A DNA stretch of 64,000 bases from assembly GCA_003427395.1 (NCBI GenBank), contig BFEA01000017.1, positions 58,791-122,790 on the forward strand. The letters run 5' to 3'. The DNA comes from Chara braunii (Eukaryota > Plantae > Charophyceae). Under the pieces are notes generated by a model. That model saw only the letters and a list, made by a program, of their open reading frames with translations. It did not search any database and was not told the DNA's origin. The translations under genes were made by a program, and so were the position numbers. Positions 26,111-37,989 of the stretch are shown here, piece after piece. Each line of letters starts with the position of its first letter. Positions within the stretch are counted from its first letter, which is position 1.

Positions 26111-27149
26111 ATCCGTGGTCAAGACCAACAGTACAACAAGCTTTGGGTCGTAGCTTTTGGCCACGTGAAAAGTCAGCATAGGGACATGTGCTGTAGGCTT
26201 GAGGTCAATAGCTTCGGGTCATAGCATCCCGACTGAGTGGCCAGGGCCTGGAAATGTCAACCCAGGTCCCAGTAAAGTCAACAGTCAGGCCTTCCTGATC
26301 CAGCAGACCAACAGTTTAAGACGCTATGATCCTTGGTCAACTTCCCACGCAAAAAGCTCACAAAGAGACAATGTCATTCCATTGCAACTCAAATGAAAAA
26401 GAAGACAAGAGAGAAAGGAGAACAGAGAGTAGAAGACGACGAAGAAGAAGATAAGCACAACTTGGAGCCAATGTCATCTCCCCCTCATCATCGTCATCAT
26501 CATCTTCCCCCTCAACTTCTCCTCCATCTTGTTAACAATAATAATAAACAAAAATGAATGGCAGTGCCATATTCATTGTCTGATTACTCCCCCTTACTGC
26601 CAGGACTTGAAGAGCTCTCCTTGCAGCCATAACCTCACTCCTCCTCACCCGGTTGCAGCCCTAGCTATGGCGGAACATCCATCTGCATGACGGACGTTGA
26701 AAGGATGACGCAACCCCACTATGCCTCTCCCACCTCTAACCGCCATAGACATACGCTTGAATGAAGTTCCAACACGGCCGGTACCCACACAGGTATTATG
26801 ATTCTGGTTATCTGTTGTTTGAAGACCAACACTCACTCACATAGACTCCCAGGTATGCCCATACATACACAAAAGGAAGGGGAGAGGATAGGAGTATGAG
26901 ACCTCACAGGGAGAGATAAACACAGCGGAAGACTTGACTATGCGATATGATAGGGTACACTGAAAGTGCAATTCACTCCACTCAATCCTCACAACCAGTC
27001 ATAACGTGACCCGCGAGATCATTGAGGGTCGCATGATTCTGGGTAGGCAGAATGAATGAATGACTGATCGCTGCCTCTTTATTCATACTTTGGATTGTCA
27101 CTGGTCTGCCTCTCTCCACCGGGCCCGAAGTCCACACAGTCCCGCATGG

Positions 27150-27560
27150 TACTTGCTGACTTGACAAGGTGCGACTGGGACTGGGTACCACTGACTGAGC
27201 AAGGTAAGACTGCCCACTTGACCACTTGCCTACGGACTGCCTACTAGGACTCACGAAGGGCCAGTTCCGGACCTTCCGGAAGACTGTGGACTTGGCCCTT
27301 CAGTACTGTACCAGCTACGACTTGACCTTTCAACACTGTGGCAGCTACAACTCCTACCACTGCTAAGACCTCTAACCTACAGACCTAAGGTTCAAGACCC
27401 GACGACCACCCTACCTACAGCAAACAATCAGGCGACTTTCAAGACAGTTCGTGGGTTCGATCACACACGGGTCGACTGATACTGTACACGGGTAAGGGCG
27501 AGGTCTCGAGCTCTGGGAACTGCAACTGCTACCACAAAGATGAAAACCGTTTCCGAGGCA
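27150..27560 (-). repeat. Dispersed repeat X, second copy
   Basis: Reverse-complement similarity to 17345-17700. Confidence 0.55.
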
Positions 27561-28096
27561 ATAAACAGAAAGAAAAAATGGAAAGAAGACAAAGCAACGG
27601 AAGACGGAGGAAAATTATCTATGCCATTACAAATTGCACTCCCTGGCGAAAGGTCGAAGGCCTACAAAGCATGCAGGACAGAGCAATATAATGAAAGCTT
27701 CCAGGATCGGAAAAGCTATCATGTACTCTTTCTTGTAACTGTTTGAATACTAGGACAAGCTTTGCAGGTCTTAAACCAGCAGTGCATCTGAAAAAGCAGA
27801 TTGAGCCTCTCCTAAAAGTTTGGAGGCCAAGGACCATCGATAAAATTGAACGGCGGCTCATGGCCTTCTATCTTTTAGGAGAGGCTCGACCTCCTTTTCC
27901 GGATGTACTGGTGGTTTAAGTGTCGATGTGTCCTGGATATCATCATTTGTTGTGTAGTTTGCACAGTTTGCCTTTCTTTTATGAAGTTTTTCGAACCAGT
28001 TGCGGATTGTGCCGTGTTACCAAGGGTGTGTCAGACCAGTTTCTGCTTCTCAAATGGCGTGGCAGTACCTGGTTACGTGTTTTTTTGTTGTTGCAG

Positions 28097-28285
28097 GTCT
28101 TATCAAGGGAGCCTTCCATGAGTGACGAGGTGTACAAAATGCTGCTAGACATCGCCACAAAAGAGGGGTATGATGTGTCGACGCTCGTGAAGACAGAGCA
28201 TAAAGATGGCGTTGGTGAGGCATCCACTGACACTGCGAAGACAGACAGCGGTTATTGGTGGTTGAAGGCACTTTTCGGAAAGTGA
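28097..28285 (+). CDS. TIL: Terminal coding exon of temperature-induced lipocalin
   Basis: Polypyrimidine tract + TGCAG acceptor (AG 28095-28096). VLSREPSMSDEVYKMLLDIATKEGYDVSTLVKTEH...GYWWLKALFGK* matches the plant TIL C-terminus as I recall it (ILSRT...EEGYDISKLHKT...GVWWFKSLFGK). Frame intact. Confidence 0.9.
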   Translation, partial: VLSREPSMSDEVYKMLLDIATKEGYDVSTLVKTEHKDGVGEASTDTAKTDSGYWWLKALFGK

Positions 28286-29043
28286 GCGAAATTTTGTTTG
28301 GGGAATCTCTGAAGTCGTAGAAGTCCCCAAACAACAAAAGAGAACTCCCTCCCCAGTGTTCATTTTCGCTCTTTATTTTATTCAAATTTCAAATTTCAAA
28401 TTTGTTTTTGTTGCTTGTCCGCTGCCAGCGTCTGCCCGCGCCAATCATCTGCTGACGGTGAACACGTGGCGGGAGATGCGACCTTCAGTTTATTATATCA
28501 CCACCATTGTGAAAAACCCTGAGTTTGTTACACCTGCCGAAGCTAGCAGGAAGAGTGGTGGCTTTGCCGTATCCTTGGCCGGAGCAGGTATTTGAAGACA
28601 ACTGACAACCAAGATGAAGCAGAGCACCATGGGCCTTTTCCTGGGAGACTGACCCCTTGCTTAATTACAAATCCTTGAAATCCATGAAAAAGGCTGTTGG
28701 ATTTGTCGAGTATTCATCCTCACAAATGCATTTAGAGGAATTCTCATACTGGGTTGGACTACCACTGGGGGGCAATGCTGCGTCCGTGGGGTAAGGGTTC
28801 CATTAAAAATAGCCTGTTTCACGACGGTCTAAACTTGGCCATTACCTACCCCACAAGTGCAACTCAGACATGCTTGGAGTTTTTCAGCCCTCAATCATTA
28901 TTATGTAGAAGGGTAATACCCCCCACGACATCCTGTACACTGCATAGGCCTGCTCAGTTAATCCCCTGGGTCCCAGGGCAATCAATGCTGGCAGGCCTCA
29001 CGGTCACTGTTCTCAGACAATCTCAGTTGTGCTGTATATACAT

Positions 29044-29140
29044 GGGACGCTGGACCCGCTTTCCAGCAGGTGAAGCTCCCCACCAATAGATGGAGTATCT
29101 CTTAGGGGCTAGGGGTGATCCCCTAGCACCCCAAGGGATG
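29044..29140 (+). mobile_element. Left end of MITE family W (GGGACGCTGGACCCG)
   Basis: The same ~45-bp end occurs at 53353 and 60386, with an inverted variant at 60665-60712. Confidence 0.55.
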
Positions 29141-32097
29141 TTTTGTCAAAAAAAAAAAAAAAAAAAANNNNNNNNNNNNNNNNNNNNNNNNNNNNNNNNN
29201 NNNNNNNNNNNNNNNNNNNNNNNNNNNNNNNNNNNNTTTTTTTTTTTTTTTTTTTTTTTTTTTAATCTGCAATTCTCTTTCATTTTTTCATGCTTCTCAA
29301 GCAAACTGCGGCCCGAGTTAGACCCCACATCTTCGGTCACTGGCGTGAAATAGCCAAGCCTGAAAAGCAATTGGCCAAATCTCGACCACACGACTAATCG
29401 GACTCCACTGCGAAATCGGTCCTACGACATATCAGGTCTCATAGCCCAGCCTCAACAAACATGAAAATTCAAAATAAAAGGTTACTAACCCCAATCTCAT
29501 GAGCCGATGAGTTTCTGAATCCCTTTAAATTTTTAGCAATTTGAAAAAATTGTTAGGTTACTTGGGATGCCCGAGCGAGCATCCCGGCACGCCGCTGGGG
29601 CAGGCACCTGCCTATGTCAGCCTCGGGTAGCTCAAAAGATGACCATTCTTTTTGTGTTTTTTTATCACTGTGGCCACCGAGATAAGCCCATATCCGGGCT
29701 CCGTTTTGTTTGCCAGTGTTTTGGGTTTGGGGGTGGGGGTAGGGGGTTTGGGGGGGAGGACAAAGAGGGTATAAGTAGGGTTCAAATGCGATGAACCCCC
29801 CAGTGCACCACCAATGAGCGCACACAATCACACAGCATGCACAACAAATGAGATCACACGAAGTTCACACTGGAGGCCAGAGAGATGAAGACCAGGTAAG
29901 CGCAGCTTTAGAATCTCCAACAAATTATCATATGAGCACTTTAAGAGTTCCAGCCACAAGCGCTCAGCAGCGCAGATCCAAGTAACCAGTATCTTCATTC
30001 AGGTGAGTGTCTCTCCCACCACTCTTCTCTCTTCTCTCTTGGTCTTCTCTCTGTCTACTACCTCCCTGTGTCTTCTTTCTCTACTTGCATGCACGCACAC
30101 TATCTATACTCAAGGAGAAACTCTGAATACACCCACTGCTAACTCTACTAACTCTCCTGAGGTCTACTACTAACTGCTAAGCACTGGCGCAGCTATGGCT
30201 GCCTTCCATCTGCCAGCGCTGGGGCAGCTATGGCTTCCCCCTCTTTCTCTCCCTCTAACAGTGCAGCTTCCTGGCTCAGCGCTCCGCTCCTCACAATAGC
30301 GCACAAGTGCACCAGCACTTTTACACCTCATGCGAGTGAGCAATCTGCCTAAATGGGGAGGCTGGCCAGTCCTTGTATTGTCTTGGACTGAGCTTCAACT
30401 CTTCCCAGTCTCTGCTTCTTGGTGCTTCACTTGGTTCTGGTCAAGATAAAAATTCAGTAATTACTGATCTAATTTATTTATCTATTTATTTATTTAATTG
30501 ATATAATCAATGAATGATAATTGAATAAATTTATTCGTGTGAAATGAAACACCACATCCCCACGGCCTGTTTGCTTCAGAATGCCAGGGCCTGATACCTT
30601 TCCCGAATTCCATTGGTGTGCTGCTGCTTGGGCCTGTGAGTCACGACTTTTCACCTGTGGAACATGACTTTTTTTGACTGTGCTTTGTGACTCCTGCCTC
30701 TGGGACACGACTTTTGCCTGGGGAAGTGTCCTTTACCTGTTGGATGTGACTTTTCAATATGACTTTTCATTATGAGACGTGACTTTTGCTTAAAGAATGC
30801 AACCTTTGCCCCTAGGATGTGACTGTTCACCAGGTGGCTGTTGGGCTTGACTCCTAAGTACCCGACTGTGACTTCTCCGAAACTGACCGACTTGGCCTGA
30901 GACCTCGACCCTGAAATCCGAATTTGGGGTCTGAATCGTGGAAGGCCTTCCACAAAATTTAAAGAGGTTTAAAGGGGTGTACCTGAATCTGATATCCCCT
31001 CCCCCCACCCCCACCCCCACCACCACCATTTTTTGATATTGGATTCACTTTTGCAGTAATCTCGAATTACCTGGGGCTGGTCACCTGTGGATATATCTCA
31101 AGACTGACACACACACAAAAGAAAGATATTGGATTCAATATGGAATTCTGCGCGACGGGATGGAGGCAGGGAGGGGGGCAAGAGAGGAGAAGAGTGAAAG
31201 AGGAGAAGAACACGAGAAAGAGGAACGTCCAAGGGTCCTCAATACACAGGCCGAGCAAAACTTCAGCACGGATTCACTGCTACTATTCTCTTGGCGGCCA
31301 TTATAGGGCATGGACGGACCGTTCATATCACGAGACTTCCATAGTCGAGCCTACAGCACCCGTCAGCTAATCCTTAAGGGACTGCAGCGGGCTTCCTTCC
31401 TCCCTAGAAGCATAGCTGTGGTCGAAGCACCCGTGTGGTAACTACAACTTCCCCAGTGCTCCTCCTCAACACATAGACATACTACGCGGCCGTCTACTAC
31501 CACTCTGCCGAGTTACTGCCAATGCCACTCTTTGTAATAATCGTCCTGAATGTCGTACTACCATGTCCTGCATCCTCGGTACCTACCCAAAGTTTTGTGC
31601 TACCATGCCCTGTGAACGCTGATATAGAATCGCCTCTCACAGAGACTCGTACCCACTGCGGAGTTGAAGAGCAACGGCAATTCACCGGCTGGCTATGGGT
31701 GCCATGAGGAGGAGGGGAGCTAGTTACTAGGCGTTGCGGAGTTACTACTGCGCTTCCCTCCTACTCCAGAGTGGTTCAGGGGGTGGTGCCGGTAGCGTGA
31801 AAGCTCCATCCGACTCCGTTGGCCGCACAACCCGGCACTATTTAGGAGAGGTCGGGCTGGCCTCTAATTGGTAGGTAGTTCTCACTTCCCTGATGTGCCA
31901 CCAGGCTGCCCAGTTGAGCAGCTCAACGCTGGTACAGGTAGAGGAGCAGCATGAGCGCTGTACGAGGTAGAGGAGAGTGAGAGGTGAGGCGGAGTCGTCC
32001 ATTCACCTGCACCATATCCATGAAGTTCTGCAGCCAGCCATAGCTGGTCCTCACCTTCTTCAAGACACCTGCAGTGAATCAGCAGCTCAAGGCTCTG

Positions 32098-33202
32098 TGT
32101 TACATGCTGTGCCTGCAACAGGCTGCATGGGCCATTTTCAGGCCTGTGTCGTTTTCAGCCTGAAAGCCTGAAAACAAGGGCCTACAGGCCCTGTGTCGTT
32201 TCAGCCCGAAAGCCTGAAAACAAGGGCCTACAGGCCCTGTGTCGTTTCATCCTAAAACAGGCCCTGAGTCTTTTCAGCCTGAAACGGAGGGCCATTTTCA
32301 GGCCCTCATAAGATCGACCTGCCCTGAAACTCAGGCACCAGACCAGGGTTTTAGCACAGGCCATTTTGGGCCTGTTTTCAAGACAACCTTTGTTTGAGCT
32401 TCAACGCCAGGGTCTGGCACGTTTTAGCATTGGCAAGAGCAGCCTCCTGGACAGGCCAGCACTATATAAGACTGGCCCGCCCTGCAGGCTGCAGGTAGTT
32501 CATAGGGACTTCCCAGGCACTTCACATGCAGTTCAGGAGACAGGAGGTAGTCTTCAGGATTCGACAGCAGCACTCTGGAGGAGAGCTGCAGGAGTAGTAG
32601 CGCCGCTAGCAGTAGTCTTCAGCGCTGGGTGCTAGTAGCGTTAGCAGTAGTCTTCAGCGCTGGGCGCTATTAGGAGCTAGAGTAGTACTAGAGAGAGAGA
32701 GATTGGGCGGAGGCCAGGGAGACTTACCTGCAGCGCCATAGCTCCAGCTTTGCCTTCGAGGTACCTGCAGCACGGCGCCATCTTCACAGGCTAGTACCTG
32801 GCACATGAGAGAGCGAGAGTTCTTCTTCTTCCTCTTCTCAGTCCACCGTCTCCCTCTCACCCTCTCGCTACCTGACTTCACTGAATCAGCAGACTACGAG
32901 AGAGTGGGCTTCGTGACATTTGGATCCAGACTCGACATTGGGCTTCAGACATTTGACGAGGGGTTATCTGGGACTTGTAGCGAAGACTTGGTGTTGACGA
33001 CATTCCCATCTCCCCCCTTCTTCCTCGTCTGATCCCCCCTCTTCGTCTGTGTATGGTCTGGGCCTGGCGCATTCTTCCTGTGTGTAGTGCCAGGTCCCTT
33101 CACACGTTGTGACGAGGATGATGTATGTTTGGTCTGTATTGCGACATTGATTGGGCTAGTCATTGGTATTCTAGCATTCTGCTGCGCTGTCTTGCACTAC
33201 GT
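32098..33202 (+). mobile_element. LTR Y2 (same family as Y1, opposite orientation; right end lost in N gap)
   Basis: Starts TGTTACATGC. Reverse complement of 24020-25434. TATATAAG at 32463. Confidence 0.9.
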
Positions 33203-33620
33203 NNNNNNNNNNNNNNNNNNNNNNNNNNNNNNNNNNNNNNNNNNNNNNNNNNNNNNNNNNNNNNNNNNNNNNNNNNNNNNNNNNNNNNNNNNNNNNNNNN
33301 NNNNNNNNNNNNNNNNNNNNNNNNNNNNNNNNNNNNNNNNNNNNNNNNNNNNNNNNNNNNNNNNNNNNNNNNNNNNNNNNNNNNNNNNNNNNNNNNNNNN
33401 NNNNNNNNNNNNNNNNNNNNNNNNNNNNNNNNNNNNNNNNNNNNNNNNNNNNNNNNNNNNNNNNNNNNNNNNNNNNNNNNNNNNNNNNNNNNNNNNNNNN
33501 NNNNNNNNNNNNNNNNNNNNNNNNNNNNNNNNNNNNNNNNNNNNNNNNNNNNNNNNNNNNNNNNNNNNNNNNNNNNNNNNNNNNNNNNNNNNNNNNNNNN
33601 NNNNNNNNNNNNNNNNNNNN

Positions 33621-33698
<78 letters not shown>

Positions 33699-33735
33699 CT
33701 CATCCTCCTCCTCTTCTTCTTCTTCTTCATCTTGT

Positions 33736-33787
<52 letters not shown>
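33621..33787. repeat. (GA)n and (CA)n microsatellites
   Basis: Direct observation. Confidence 0.98.
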
Positions 33788-33788
<1 letters not shown>

Positions 33789-33789
33789 C

Positions 33790-34370
33790 TGCTCCTCAAA
33801 TCTTATGCAACCCACAGACTGACTGGCCTCATGCGCCATTCTAGAGTGGTCTGCCCCAGTGGTCACTATGTAGAACCCTGTCAGAACTCCACCTCCCATT
33901 TCCTTCCTCCCTCCTCTTGTATATTACTAGTAACACATACGAATGAGCATCATTACGAAAACAGACAAAATCTAAGTTGAAGATCTGAGAAGAAATGAAC
34001 AGGAATACAACTCCACCTTTGCTCCGCCTCCTTTCATAGTGTGCAAGTGGGCCGTTATGGCACACGGGGATGTGGGCAACTCGCACTCAACCACAATCAA
34101 CGTGGTGAGCCTTGTGCACGAGAGGCACGGTAAAGCGGGAGCTGCAAGAACAAATGAAAGGGGTACCCCGAAGGAAGCAAATGTGAACGCATTCAAGAAC
34201 GGGGTTTACATGCAGCTATTGTACTTCACATTGCTTGCTATAGAGGTGAAACTGTTTCATTGTTGGGTTGTCTCAACTCGAGGGCTTCCGTAGTCTGTAT
34301 TATGATTATATATCCGTTGATTTTGGATCTGTTCATCTGGGTGGAATACGGGCTGTTGTGGTGAAAATTC
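33790..34370 (+). pseudogene. RING-like family copy R5 (downstream exon/intron portion only)
   Basis: Reverse complement of ~22900-23590. Translates NEHHYENRQN...CKWAV. Confidence 0.6.
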
Positions 34371-35304
34371 AAAACACACACACACACGGTGCCCTCTGGC
34401 TGGAGTAGTCTTCTGTCTTAGGTAAGTTGCCTTCTGCCCTCCATCCCCTTATGGTTTGAAATATATATGTATACATATTACATATGTATATGTGCAAGTG
34501 TGCCGCGTTGGCGGCAGACGGGTGTATGGGCACTTGGCGCTGAACCACACAGATGTGGCCAACCTTGCATTTTATATTATATTGCCTATCTATACTTTTT
34601 CGTTATGGATGACTTGTGATGATTTGTGAAGGGAATGAGAGAGAATCTGGGGTCTTTTAAAACAACACACACATAACACACACACACATAACACACACAC
34701 ACACACATACACACACACACACACANNNNNNNNNNNNNNNNNNNNNNNNNNNNNNNNNNNNNNNNNNNNNNNNNNNNNNNNNNNNNNNNNNNNNNNNNNN
34801 NNNNNNNNNNNNNNNNNNNNNNNNNNNNNNNNNNNNNNNNNNNNNNNNNNNNNNNNNNNNNNNNNNNNNNNNNNNNNNNNNNNNNNNNNNNNNNNNNNNN
34901 NNNNNNNNNNNNNNNAGAGAGAGAGAGAGAATTGACATGGTGTTGGGGGAGACCTCCTTGTTGGAGATCTGAAATTCATCATTGGAGGATGTTTGGAGAT
35001 GGAGGGGATAGAGTGGAGGAGGGACTCTTATTGCTCGGTGCTGTCAAGCATTGGGTCTTTTTCTCCTCCTCCTCCTCCTCCATCTACCTCCACCTTTCAT
35101 CTGTGTATGATCTTAGGGGGGAGGTTCTTCTATGTTTCGACCCCTCCCTGCATATGAGTGAGATCAGATCTACAAACCACATTCACACATTGTCATTTTG
35201 CTGAATTGTCATTTAGTCCTATTGAGTCGTTTTGCTGCATTCTCATTCAGTTCTATTGATCTGAGTCTTCCAATCTTTGGACTTGCATTGCCGATCAGGC
35301 ATGT

Positions 35305-35349
<45 letters not shown>

Positions 35350-35631
35350 ACGAGCAACTTAAGGCGTCCCCCAAAACTATGAGAGGGAGAGGCTGAAGGG
35401 GGGAACCGACTGGCAGAGGTGTGCATTTGCTGAATGTATGTCACAGGTCCACTGTTAGGATTCCACTCTTTCTGCGAGGCCCAGTTCCTCCGCCATAGCC
35501 TGCAGCGTTCGTGCGCAGCCAAGGCGGCGCTTAGGTCCAGGGGCTGTACATGGAAGAGGCGCTCTTTTTGTCGGTCTCTTCTGTCACCGAGGGTTCTGGA
35601 ACAGATGAGATTACCTTCTGGGCAATGTTAC

Positions 35632-37159
35632 TGTCGCATACCGTAATGGTACAGACCAGAGCCAAGAACCGACCTCTCTCACATAGTACAAGATAGCGCA
35701 GCGGAAGGCTAATATACCAATGATCAGACCAATCAATGTCGTAATGCAGACCAAACAACATCATCATCATTCCATGGTGTGAAAGGTGCTGGCGCTCACA
35801 CAGGAAAAGTGCGCCAGTCCCCAGCCATACACAGACGAAGAAGAGGGGAAGATGGGAATGTCGTCGACACCAAGTCTTCGGTACAGGTCTCAAATAATCC
35901 CTCGTCCAATGTCTCAATCCCAATGTTGAGTCTGGATCCAAATGTCGTCCAGTCCCAAAGTCACCAATCTCTCTCTCTCTCTCGTAGGCTGCAGATACTG
36001 AGAAGTCAGGTAGCGAGAGGGTGAGGGGGAGATGGTGGACTTAGAAGAGGAAGAAGAAGAACTCTCTCTCTCTCTCTCACACACAGTCCGGTACTAACCT
36101 GGGAAGGTGCACACATCGAAAACGAAGCTGGAGCTATGGCGCCACAGGTAAGTCTCCCTGGCCTCCGCCAACCATCTCTCTCTCTCCAATGCTACTCTAG
36201 CTCCTAATAGCGCCCAGCGCTGAAGACTACTGCTAACGCTACTACTACTACTGCAGCACTCCTCCAGAGTGCTGCTGCCGAATCCTGAAGACTGACTCCT
36301 GCCTCCTGCATGTGAAGTGCCTGGGATGTCCCTATGAACTACTTCCTGACTGCCTGCAGCCTGTAGGGTGCTCTTAACAATGCCAAAACGTGCCAGACCC
36401 TGGCGTTGAAGTTCAAACAAAGGTTGTCTTGAAAACAGGCCAAAAGTGGCCTGTGCTAAAACCCCGGTCTGCTGCCTAAGTTTCAGGGCAGGTTGGCTTT
36501 ATGAGGGCCTGAAAATGGCCTTCGTTTTCAGGCTTTTAGGCTGAAACGACACAGGGCCTGTAGGCCCTCGTTTTCAGGCTTTCAGGCTGAAACGACACAG
36601 GGCCTGTAGGCCCTCGTTTTCAGGCTTTTAGGCTGAAACGACACAGGGCCTGTAGGCCCTTGTTTTCAGGCTTTTAGGATGAAACGACACAGGGCCTGTA
36701 GGGCCCTGAATTTCCGTCCGGTCGGGCCTTGCAGGCCCGTGTGGCTGCACAGTATGCCACCCCCCCCCCCTCCTTGAAAGACTGAGCTTACCTGCGAGGG
36801 TGAAGCTGCCTGTCGGAGGGAGGGACCAAAGTCCGGGTGGGAGGGTCAGGTTTGTGAAGCTTCCTTAGCTAGTCTTCGTCGCTCGTAGTCGGCGTAGATC
36901 AGCAGTGTAGATGCTTGCAAATCTGTTGGTGTCCAGAATGTCGAAGGAACATGGCTTGTTTGCATGCGGGGCGAAGTACACGGGGACAGAGTCAATGCAC
37001 CGGTCAATTGACTTGTGCGTGTGACCGTCTGCCAACGTGACTTGTGTGGGCTGCGACTTGTTTTCAGGCTTTTAGGCTGAAACGACACAGGGCCTGTAGG
37101 GCCCAGAATTTCCGTCTAGTCGGGCCTTGCAGGCCCATGTGGCTGCACAGTATGCTACA
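35632..37159 (-). mobile_element. Internally deleted Ty3/gypsy (chromovirus-like) LTR retrotransposon Y3
   Basis: Termini TGTAGCATAC (37159) ... GTATGCGACA (35632). TSD GTTAC / GTTCC. ~100-bp 5' LTR stub; protease fragment KSQPTQVTLADGHTHKSIDRCIDSVPVYFAP; chromodomain-like tail DLQASTLLIYADYERRR; PPT (poly-G on - strand, ~36760-36775) abutting a full 3' LTR. Confidence 0.85.
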
Positions 37160-37989
37160 GTTCCCCTCTTCCCCTCTCGGTTTAGGCATGAGTGTGTTGG
37201 TGGAAGAGCCGTCAAGAGCGCATCCTCCAAAGTATGGGAGAGGTATTATCGTGATCCTCAAACCCCTAGCCTGAAGTGGGCTTGCAAGTGTGCTTCCTAT
37301 GAAACCCACCCACTTTTTCTCTCTATTGGCGCCCCCCTTCTCAGTCTATTTGTTTGCTCCATCCACTCTTTGCTGTGGAGTCAGTTACTTAGCGGGTGAA
37401 AAGTGGCATTTGTTGGCTTCAAAGAGGACAACAATGTAATCTGTGTACATTACGTGAGGCTGTAGGTGGGCGGAGGCAGGTGGAGAAATGGAAAGCTTGA
37501 GCTTTTTTCACCTTTCTGTTCCCAAGATCAGGTTGCGATGATGATAATTCTACAGATAGACTCTGATGATTCGCCAGCTCCCGCATGGGATTGTCCCAAT
37601 GGCACTTCCCTGCAACTACTAGCATCAGAAGCAGCAACAATTGCAATGACATCAGAAGCACAGGAACAGGTTGGTCCGGTCTTAAAAATTCCCCCCGGAT
37701 CAAAATTCTCATGTCTGATGTTTGCTTCAAAGAAAGACATGGCATTGAACGTCCGAATAAAAGCCCTAGGAGATTTGATTGTGAAACATGTGCTGGCTCT
37801 GATCTGCCTTCAATAGGTGACTCCAAATATGTACACCATCTTGAAGCCACCAGTACTTGGCCCATACATCGGCGGTGGGCGTCTCACGTTAACGCGCCGC
37901 TACTTTCGGGGACATTGTAGTTGCCACACGGGTGTTGTGACCATCACTGTGCTTCTCCTATCGCTTTCGAGGAATAGTAGATTGATAAG

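Noticed and set aside
27920-28096. N-terminal part of the 121-aa ORF as part of TIL
   Set aside because: It lies upstream of the splice acceptor and has no lipocalin similarity; intronic read-through.
29552-31086. Second hAT element related to 8832-11741
   Set aside because: Only weak end similarity and no TSD.
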